From an uncultured virus (IMG/VR IMGVR_UViG_3300048580_000371) (Duplodnaviria > Heunggongvirae > Uroviricota > Caudoviricetes), in the IMG/VR virus record IMGVR_UViG_3300048580_000371: a stretch of DNA of 64,000 nucleotides; one strand, written 5' to 3'. Within the stretch, counting starts at the first letter, position 1. Each line of letters starts with the position of its first letter. Made by a program: the position numbers and the translations under genes. The notes beneath the pieces are model-generated. The model ran no database searches and was not told the origin of the DNA. It saw only the letters and a program-made list of their open reading frames with translations. Positions 57,043 to 64,000 of this stretch are shown here, in pieces.

Positions 57043-57387
57043 ATGATGAGAATTACCCAATTAAAAAATGAATTATCTAAAGAAGAATTTGAACAAATAC
57101 ACAATGTTGAATTTTTTAAAAATAGATTTGAACTAATCAGTAGAGACAAAAAAATATCAGATAAGTATGGTGAAAAATATAAAGGACACCCCATAAGAAA
57201 TTATCCAATTGATTGTTTGAGTGAAGACATTGATGTTTTTCTTAAAGAAAGAACGACCAATTTGTATTATGTTAAATGCCCAGAATATAAACCATATATT
57301 TCAGAAAACAAATGGACAATATATTTTCTTTCACCTGATGATGCTATAATGTTCAAATTAACATTTTGTGGAGATAATAATGTTTAA
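57043..57387 (+). CDS. FKLRW-motif family protein
   Basis: DAIMFKLTFCG. Confidence 0.7.
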   Translation: MMRITQLKNELSKEEFEQIHNVEFFKNRFELISRDKKISDKYGEKYKGHPIRNYPIDCLSEDIDVFLKERTTNLYYVKCPEYKPYISENKWTIYFLSPDDAIMFKLTFCGDNNV

Positions 57388-57571
57388 TACTGAAAAGAAA
57401 CGCCCAACAGTCAATCAAGTATATAATTATCTTCGTATATTATTTGGTAAATCAGCAGTCGATATTATGGATAGTTTGGAAGGGCACAAAGACGAATATA
57501 ATATTTTAGTCGAGTTAGTGGCTAATGAACAAGATGAACAAATTCTTGAAATTTTTAGTGATTTTAAATAG
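57380..57571 (+). CDS. hypothetical protein
   Basis: GGAG RBS. Confidence 0.55.
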   Translation: MFNTEKKRPTVNQVYNYLRILFGKSAVDIMDSLEGHKDEYNILVELVANEQDEQILEIFSDFK

Positions 57572-57622
57572 AATTTACAAGAAAAATGATATATAATGAT
57601 ATAAATTAAAAGAGGATTTCAT

Positions 57623-58495
57623 ATGACAATAACAGATTTAATCGTTGCAGCTAAACAAAATGTTAGGGGTATTTCTTTAGAAACAGATGGGTCGGAACAT
57701 TACAATGAAGACCCAAAATTATTTAAAGTCATTCATTATTTTCGTCAATTTTCATATGAAGATGAAATTTATTATTTTGTTTTTGGATTGCGAACAGTTG
57801 ATATTGATGAAGAAGATGGTACAAAATATAAAGGACATCATTTAGAATATCGTTTCCAAAAAAATCATAACACCAATCATTATTTAATTGCGATGCATAG
57901 TAAAGAAGAATCCTTTGATGGGATTCACACTTATTTTCCAAAATTTGATATTAATGAGTTTGATTATCGTTCTTTTTTATGTTCAGAAATGAAATATGTA
58001 AATTTCCCAGAGTGGGCAATAAATTATGTGTTGGACAACGAAAAAGGAAATGGTGTATGTTCTCATGCAATAAACCCAATAGTTGAAACATTGCATGATA
58101 GAATAAAAATAGTAGAAAAACCATTTACTACCATTACTAATTCAACAGCTATAATTTTGGATGAGGTCTTTAGTGAATCTGAAGATGGTTCCCGTCCTAT
58201 AGCAATCCGGTCCAATAAAAGACGCCAACGAGCAAGAAAAATGTTTGGACTAACCTCAAATTCATACTCTGGTTCAAAGATTATTCCATTTAATAGATTT
58301 ACAGAGTTTTTAGAAAATCATAGGGGGTATTTTTATCCAAATGATACTTTGACTAATGCTGAAATTCTTGAATGGTTGAATCATAACACCACAGGGAATA
58401 TTCATATTTATGGTACAAAAGCATTTTGGAAAATATTGTTCTTTGAAAACAAAACAGATGCATTCAATTTTAAAATGTTTTGGGGTGATAGTTAA
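57623..58495 (+). CDS. FKLRW-motif family protein (long)
   Basis: ends FFENKTDAFNFKMFWG. Confidence 0.75.
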   Translation: MTITDLIVAAKQNVRGISLETDGSEHYNEDPKLFKVIHYFRQFSYEDEIYYFVFGLRTVDIDEEDGTKYKGHHLEYRFQKNHNTNHYLIAMHSKEESFDGIHTYFPKFDINEFDYRSFLCSEMKYVNFPEWAINYVLDNEKGNGVCSHAINPIVETLHDRIKIVEKPFTTITNSTAIILDEVFSESEDGSRPIAIRSNKRRQRARKMFGLTSNSYSGSKIIPFNRFTEFLENHRGYFYPNDTLTNAEILEWLNHNTTGNIHIYGTKAFWKILFFENKTDAFNFKMFWGDS

Positions 58496-58794
58496 TGGAT
58501 GTTTATTCCAAATATATAAAATCTTCAGAACAAGATATGTTAGAATCAATTATAAATTATAAACAAGTAGAATTTTGTCATTTTGATAAAATTTTTTATT
58601 ATAAAATGTTTCCATATGGCAAAGTAAAATACAAATTGGTATTATATGATGAAGTAGCAGAATTTTTAAAAAATAAAGATTTTTTTTGGTCAAGAGATAT
58701 TGCATTAATAACCGCCCAAAATCATGGTGTTAAATTTTGGTTTAAAAATTCAGATGATTTGATTTATTTTTTATTAAAATGGGGGAATAGATGA
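58495..58794 (+). CDS. FKLRW-motif family protein
   Basis: DLIYFLLKWG. Confidence 0.75.
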   Translation: MDVYSKYIKSSEQDMLESIINYKQVEFCHFDKIFYYKMFPYGKVKYKLVLYDEVAEFLKNKDFFWSRDIALITAQNHGVKFWFKNSDDLIYFLLKWGNR

Positions 58795-59075
58795 GTTGTC
58801 CATTTCAATTTTATAATCCTGCAACCAATCATGATGATGTGATAGATTGGTTGGAAGAAAATTATAAATTTAAATTTGAATTCAATTGTAAATCAAGTAT
58901 TCACACTTGGTTATGGGAAAATTTTGGGGATACAATTTTTGCAATGGAATCAAATGAAGATGGATATTGTAGAGTTATAAATCCATATGCAAAATGGGAG
59001 GTAATGGATGGTCATCTTTATATTAAAGACGTTGATGATGCATTAATTTTTAAATTGAAATGGATAGAACAATGA
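58791..59075 (+). CDS. FKLRW-motif family protein
   Basis: DALIFKLKW. Confidence 0.75.
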   Translation: MSCPFQFYNPATNHDDVIDWLEENYKFKFEFNCKSSIHTWLWENFGDTIFAMESNEDGYCRVINPYAKWEVMDGHLYIKDVDDALIFKLKWIEQ

Positions 59076-59317
59076 CAGGTTTCAAACACACAAGGGTAAT
59101 ACCATATAAACACAACTTTGAATATAAACGAATGTCAAACAATCTATCCAATCAGGCAATGAAAATTTTTCTTGAAAAATTAGAAAATTGGGCTAAACAT
59201 CATTTAAATGACGAATGGACATGGGAGTTTGATACTTGGGGGAATTTTGTGTTTAAAATAAAAGAAGACAATGACGCTGTATTGTTTAAATTGAAATGGT
59301 GTGGTGATGAGCAGTAA
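59072..59317 (+). CDS. FKLRW-motif family protein
   Basis: DAVLFKLKWCG. Confidence 0.75.
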   Translation: MTGFKHTRVIPYKHNFEYKRMSNNLSNQAMKIFLEKLENWAKHHLNDEWTWEFDTWGNFVFKIKEDNDAVLFKLKWCGDEQ

Positions 59318-59552
59318 AAAATCAGATTTTACAGTATTTCATGTCACCTTTAAAAATATTGATAGAACACAATCAAGTAGGGGATACTATACTGATGAAT
59401 ACCAAAATCAATATAAACAAATGGAAAAATGGTGCAACGAAAATATAAATGAAAGATATTGGTTATTCGGGTCATCAGCTTGGGAGGAGTATGATTATGA
59501 ATGTTGGATTCCACCAAAACATGCAGTAATGTTTAAATTGAGGTGGTGTTAA
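59307..59552 (+). CDS. FKLRW-motif family protein
   Basis: HAVMFKLRWC. Confidence 0.75.
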   Translation: MSSKKSDFTVFHVTFKNIDRTQSSRGYYTDEYQNQYKQMEKWCNENINERYWLFGSSAWEEYDYECWIPPKHAVMFKLRWC

Positions 59553-59553
59553 A

Positions 59554-59829
59554 ATGTCATGTATAATAGAAATAAAAATTAAAAATGATTTAAATACTAT
59601 CAAAAATATTTTAAAAAATATTGTAACCATCATTCCTTATAATAACTGGGGGTTTGGAACTGGTGAAACTATAACAGATGACACATTTACATATAATTTC
59701 AAAAACAGTTGGTTAGAATGGGCTAAAAATTCCCCAGATGTGATGTTTTCATCAACTACAAAATTTTGGTTTTATTTTTATTTTAAAACATCAAGTGATG
59801 CAATGCTGTTTAAATTGAGGTGTTTATAG
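59554..59829 (+). CDS. FKLRW-motif family protein
   Basis: DAMLFKLRCL. Confidence 0.75.
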   Translation: MSCIIEIKIKNDLNTIKNILKNIVTIIPYNNWGFGTGETITDDTFTYNFKNSWLEWAKNSPDVMFSSTTKFWFYFYFKTSSDAMLFKLRCL

Positions 59830-60146
59830 TGGACCAGATTATGGTTGGATATTATCAATCAGAAATATCATTTAATGAATTAAATGAGTTTTTTAAATTA
59901 CACAATATAGACGACCCTTGTATTTTGGGCAATGTTATGATACTACCAAAACATTTAATTGATATATTTTGTGAAACATTTAGTATTGTTTTTTTTAATA
60001 AAATATCGGATGAAATGATAAAATGGTGTGAAGAAAATATAAAATCATTTTATTCCATTCATGGCGATGAAGAAACTTTGTCACAAAAATATATTTTGAT
60101 TAAAGATAAAAATGAACATTTGTTGTTCAAACTTACGTGGGGATGA
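59820..60146 (+). CDS. FKLRW-motif family protein
   Basis: EHLLFKLTWG; start uncertain. Confidence 0.7.
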   Translation: MFIVDQIMVGYYQSEISFNELNEFFKLHNIDDPCILGNVMILPKHLIDIFCETFSIVFFNKISDEMIKWCEENIKSFYSIHGDEETLSQKYILIKDKNEHLLFKLTWG

Positions 60147-60397
60147 ATATGACAATTGAATATATCAGATATAGTGATTTAAAAAACACCAGCTTGAGAA
60201 AAATTAATCAATGGCTGTTGGATAATAATATTAAACACGCTTGGGTTGGGTGGAACCCATGTTTTGATAATGATATGTCAGATTTAGACATTGAACTCCA
60301 AATTGAATGGGGCATAATGTGTGGTGATTATGAAGATGATCCAAAATTTATTGAATTATCAAGAAACGACTACATGCGATTTAAATTGACATTATGA
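60143..60397 (+). CDS. FKLRW-motif family protein
   Basis: DYMRFKLTL; paralogue of the next gene. Confidence 0.7.
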   Translation: MNMTIEYIRYSDLKNTSLRKINQWLLDNNIKHAWVGWNPCFDNDMSDLDIELQIEWGIMCGDYEDDPKFIELSRNDYMRFKLTL

Positions 60398-60627
60398 TTA
60401 CAACAAAGGATATATGTGAACATGGGTCTGGGAATATTGTTCAATGGTTAGACGACAACCATATTGAATATTCTTGGGCGAAGGAGTTTGAATATTCTTG
60501 GGCGAAGGAGTTTGATCCATCTAAACAAACACTTGTACTTGAATGGGCAATTATGTCCGGTGGTTCAGATAGCATTGCCATTATAATTTCAAAAAATGAC
60601 TATATGAGGTTCAAATTGGCATTTTAA
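60394..60627 (+). CDS. FKLRW-motif family protein
   Basis: DYMRFKLAF. Confidence 0.7.
   Translation: MITTKDICEHGSGNIVQWLDDNHIEYSWAKEFEYSWAKEFDPSKQTLVLEWAIMSGGSDSIAIIISKNDYMRFKLAF
60464..60515 (+). repeat. perfect 24-bp in-frame tandem duplication
   Basis: TTGAATATTCTTGGGCGAAGGAGT x2 (EYSWAKEF x2). Confidence 0.9.
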
Positions 60628-60691
60628 TATTGATTTGATAGTGATTAATGATCTACTATCAATTATTAACTTAACAGAAGGAGTACTAAAA

Positions 60692-60970
60692 ATGAGTATC
60701 GCAGCATTATCAACAGACGACAAGGATCGTTTAAAAGAAGTTATCACTAAAGCAGCCAAGATGAAATTGGAAGCCAAGGATATTAATGATTCAGTTCGTG
60801 ATTTAATCAAGAACACAGCCGAACAAACAGGCGTTGAAAAGAAAGTCATCGCTGCAGCAGTGAAATATGAATTCAAAGCTCTTGGTAGCGTTGAAGGTGG
60901 TGACATCGAGAAAGATAAAGAAGACCTTTCAGATGTTGAAGAATTATTGCACGTTTGTGGAATTATTTAA
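60692..60970 (+). CDS. T4 DsbA-like double-stranded DNA-binding protein
   Basis: LKEVITKAAKMKLE...RDLIKNTAEQTGVEKK...DVEELL pattern; AAGGAG RBS; near the polymerase gene. Confidence 0.6.
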   Translation: MSIAALSTDDKDRLKEVITKAAKMKLEAKDINDSVRDLIKNTAEQTGVEKKVIAAAVKYEFKALGSVEGGDIEKDKEDLSDVEELLHVCGII

Positions 60971-60977
60971 TCGCTAT

Positions 60978-61009
60978 TATCCCCAGATTAATTTCTGGGG
61001 ATAGTTTTC
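60978..61009 (+). terminator. rho-independent terminator
   Basis: TATCCCCAGA-TTAATT-TCTGGGGATA + GTTTT. Confidence 0.7.
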
Positions 61010-61022
61010 TTTGGAGGTTTGT

Positions 61023-61301
61023 ATGGGGCATTATGATGATTATTATGAACAAATTGAAATTAATACTAAAAAAACAAGACAAAGAAAAATTGTAAAAATA
61101 TGTTCAGAATATAAACAAACCTTTGATGATATGACGCTTTTTTTCAGAGATTTTGGTGACATAATTAGTAAAGATGAACTTAATGCAATAACAAATGCTT
61201 GGGAAACTTTTCAAGATAAAATTAATAGAGTTAAAATAAATAATGGGGTTTTGATAACAGACCCTAATATAATAATAAATGAACTTAAAAAAGGAAAATA
61301 G
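61023..61301 (+). CDS. hypothetical protein
   Basis: GGAGG RBS. Confidence 0.55.
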   Translation: MGHYDDYYEQIEINTKKTRQRKIVKICSEYKQTFDDMTLFFRDFGDIISKDELNAITNAWETFQDKINRVKINNGVLITDPNIIINELKKGK

Positions 61302-61305
61302 AGGA

Positions 61306-62418
61306 TTACTCCTCTATTTTCAATATTCCCCTCTTATTTAATTCCTTGGCATAATATAATTTTTCTGGAAACCCTTTTGGTTTTTTAGGTGGATAAATTA
61401 ATTCTGTTGGAACTGTATTAGATATTATCCAAATATCAAATAATTGAACTAATAATTTTTCATTTTGTCGTCTAATGAGTTGTTTCTTTTTCATATTATT
61501 TTTTCGTTCATCTGATAATTTAATCCCAAGATGTGATTTTGACATTTTTTGTCTACGTTCTAATGGAACTGGGACACCATACGAAGGACTGTTTTCACCT
61601 GAAAATATTTCTGATAATTTTTTCTTTGTTTCTTCACTATGATGATGACCATAATGAGCAGCCAATTCACCTGTTTTTCCATAATTAGGGTTTTTTTCAC
61701 CAGAAACTCTTTCTGATTGTTTTCGTTTAGTCTCATCAGAGTGTTTATATCCAAATAATGGATTATTTTCACCGGATCGTAACATTGACAATAGTTGTTT
61801 TGTTTCTTCTGAATGTTTAAAACCAAACAGAGGATGTGCCTCACCTGTAACCCCAAACATTGGATGATTTTCACCTGAAAATATTTCTGATAATTTTTTC
61901 TTTGTTTCTTCACTATGATGTTGACCATAATGAGCAGCCAATTCACCTGTTTTTCCATACCAATAAGCATTTTCACCTGAATTAGCTTTGTTATATTCAA
62001 TTTTTATATTTTCAAATACAGAGGCTGTTATTTTATCAAATCGCTCTGTTCTTGAGCCATTAATAAAGGACCAAAGTGCCACCGTCATCATATTTTTAAA
62101 TTTTTTATTATTAATCATTTTAACTAATAAATGGTGAACAACAAAATGTTCTTTGGCTGACAAAAATACCAAATTATTTTTATCATTATTTCCACCAAAC
62201 GAACTTGGGAGTATGTGATGATTTTCAACATATCCCAATTTTTCCTTGGCTATTTTTCTATTTTTAAAATTTCTTATTTGTGCTTTTTTAATTATCCCTA
62301 TATACCACTTGGCGTATTTTGATTTATTGGACATTTTCCAAATTATATCTAAATAATCAATGTTGTTATCTGTTATAACATTATTTGTGCTTTGATAAAT
62401 TATTAGATCATTATTCAT
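61306..62418 (-). CDS. HNH homing endonuclease with NUMOD3-type repeats
   Basis: ENHHILPSSFGGNNDKNNLVFLSAKEHFVVHHLL; HSEETKKKLS/SGEN repeats; close paralogue of 21655-22626. Confidence 0.85.
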   Translation of the reverse strand: MNNDLIIYQSTNNVITDNNIDYLDIIWKMSNKSKYAKWYIGIIKKAQIRNFKNRKIAKEKLGYVENHHILPSSFGGNNDKNNLVFLSAKEHFVVHHLLVKMINNKKFKNMMTVALWSFINGSRTERFDKITASVFENIKIEYNKANSGENAYWYGKTGELAAHYGQHHSEETKKKLSEIFSGENHPMFGVTGEAHPLFGFKHSEETKQLLSMLRSGENNPLFGYKHSDETKRKQSERVSGEKNPNYGKTGELAAHYGHHHSEETKKKLSEIFSGENSPSYGVPVPLERRQKMSKSHLGIKLSDERKNNMKKKQLIRRQNEKLLVQLFDIWIISNTVPTELIYPPKKPKGFPEKLYYAKELNKRGILKIEE

Positions 62419-62442
62419 TTTGACATTTCTCCTTGGTTGTTG

Positions 62443-62534
62443 TATAAATAACATTGTAGCGGAAAGAGGCATCCTCCTTGGTGTCTGTTGATGGATACGC
62501 TAATATTCATCAACCCGCTATAATGTTATTTATC
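62443..62534 (-). promoter_or_regulatory. structured endonuclease-leader element (copy C)
   Basis: 18/19-bp terminal inverted repeat ATAAATAACATT(G/A)TAGCGG enclosing two hairpins. Confidence 0.78.
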
Positions 62535-62629
62535 TTTTTCTTTAAAATTTGTGTAATTTATTTTCATAAATATTGATTTTTCTTTCTCCATTGTTGTAGT
62601 ATTGGTTAATAACAGATGGAGATAAAAAT

Positions 62630-64000
62630 ATGTATGTTGACGCAATTAAAGATAATGATACTATTTTGTTAGTAGAACGAGTTGATGAAGAACGGGTTTA
62701 TAGAGAATTCCCTGTTGAATATTATTTTTATATTGAAAATCCCAAAGGGAAATATACAACCATTTTTGGGACCAAGGCAGAAAAAATTACATCTGCTAAT
62801 GGAAAAAAATTTAGAGGTGATTTGGCTATATATGATAACGAACGAAAATTCGAATCCGACATCAACCCAATATTCAAGTGCCTTGAAAAACATTATCGTG
62901 ATTGCGAAAACCCAAAATTAAATGTGTGTTTTTTCGACATCGAAACAGATTTTGACCCGCAGCGCGGTTTTTCGAGTCCCGACGATCCTTTTGCACCCAT
63001 TACAGCTATAACATGCTATCTCAATTGGGCAGACCAATTGATAACATTAGTATTACCACCACCAACTGTTTCAATGGATTTTGCCCAAAAAACTTGTACT
63101 GAATTTGAAAATACTTTTGTGTGTGATTCAGAAGAACAACTTTTAGAAACGTTTTATGATGTAATTGAAGATGCAGATATTCTTTCAGGTTGGAACTCTG
63201 GATTTTATGATATTCCATATATCATCAGACGAACTGAAAAAATCCTTAATAAAGAACTCACAAGAAAGTTGTGTCTTTGGAATAAATTACCACTCAAAAA
63301 AGAAGTAGAACGTGGATGGGGAAAATCAACAACATTTGATCTTGTTGGAAGAGTCCATCTCGACTATCTTGATATCTATAAAAAACATACTTATTCAGAA
63401 CAACCAAGTTATAAATTGGATTCAATTGGGTTTGTTGAAGTAGGCGAAACCAAAACCCAATATGAAGGGTCGTTGGATGATTTATATAAAAAGGACTTCA
63501 AGAAATTTATTGAATATAACAGGCAGGACGTTATGCTCTTGGTAAAGATTGATAGAAAGTTAAAATTCATGGAATTGTCAAATCAGTTAGCCCACCAAAA
63601 TAGTGTGACGCTAAAAACTACTTTAGGTTCTGTTGCCCTTATTGAACAGTCCATTGTGAATGAATCCCATGACCGTGGTATGGTTATGGCAGATCAAAAA
63701 ACCAAAGAAGAGAATGATAAGCATTCACTTATCATTTATGATAAAGCAGAACAGGAATACAAGAAATCAGTTGCAGGAGCTTACGTGGCAGAGCCTCAAG
63801 TTGGATTATCCCATTGGATAGGCAGCATTGACATTAACTCTCTTTATCCATCTGTTATTAGAAGTCTAAACATGGGTCCAGAAACCATCGTTGCCCAAAT
63901 TAGACAAGATGCTACCAAAAAATGCATCACAGATAGATTTGAAGATCAACAAGGACCAGGACCGAAATATAAACAGGCAAGCATGGCAGACTGCTGGAAC
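62630..64000 (+). CDS. family B DNA polymerase (partial, runs off the window)
   Basis: Hand-translated: ExoI FFDIETD, ExoII SGWNSGFYDIPY, ExoIII YNRQDV, GAYV, motif A SIDINSLYPSVI; GGAG RBS. Confidence 0.95.
   Translation, partial: MYVDAIKDNDTILLVERVDEERVYREFPVEYYFYIENPKGKYTTIFGTKAEKITSANGKKFRGDLAIYDNERKFESDINPIFKCLEKHYRDCENPKLNVCFFDIETDFDPQRGFSSPDDPFAPITAITCYLNWADQLITLVLPPPTVSMDFAQKTCTEFENTFVCDSEEQLLETFYDVIEDADILSGWNSGFYDIPYIIRRTEKILNKELTRKLCLWNKLPLKKEVERGWGKSTTFDLVGRVHLDYLDIYKKHTYSEQPSYKLDSIGFVEVGETKTQYEGSLDDLYKKDFKKFIEYNRQDVMLLVKIDRKLKFMELSNQLAHQNSVTLKTTLGSVALIEQSIVNESHDRGMVMADQKTKEENDKHSLIIYDKAEQEYKKSVAGAYVAEPQVGLSHWIGSIDINSLYPSVIRSLNMGPETIVAQIRQDATKKCITDRFEDQQGPGPKYKQASMADCWN

Noticed and set aside
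61560..62000. Alternative-frame ORF with repeats
   Set aside because: Shadow of the NUMOD3 repeats of the HNH gene.
62669..63218. Short ORFs 62669-62893, 62682-62921 and 63021-63218
   Set aside because: They overlap the continuous DNA polymerase frame starting at 62630.
1..64000. Alternative genetic code (stop-codon recoding)
   Set aside because: Conserved enzymes are intact under the standard code, and TAA, TAG and TGA all end genes at sensible positions.

Overview
AT-rich segment of a large lytic dsDNA (jumbo, T4-like myophage-type) phage genome. It shows sigma70-type early promoters, T4-type (N)ATAAATA late promoters, a family B DNA polymerase (runs off the right end), a DsbA-like protein, an Rnl1-type RNA ligase and an NAD-dependent DNA ligase split into two genes by a homing-endonuclease insertion. 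Auxiliary genes include guaC, deoC, a Thg1-like protein, a minimal LeuRS, macro domain, Smr, DUF1178 and a receiver-domain protein, which together point to an alphaproteobacterial host (inference). The most unusual items are: (1) a ~2.4 kb GC-richer non-coding island (6650-9045) with two tRNA-like RNAs and a candidate ~1.7 kb end-paired RNA with repeated domains, next to the Thg1-like gene; (2) about 60 small paralogues ending in a DA(M/I)LFKL(R/K)WG-type helix whose codons often double as the next gene's Shine-Dalgarno; (3) a ~90-nt three-way-junction element bounded by convergent late-promoter motifs upstream of four endonuclease loci; (4) a protein with PopZ-helix-1-like and FliM-N-terminus-like motifs; (5) about 14 late genes with T4 capsid-targeting-like N-termini. 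All calls come from motif recognition by eye; no searches were run.
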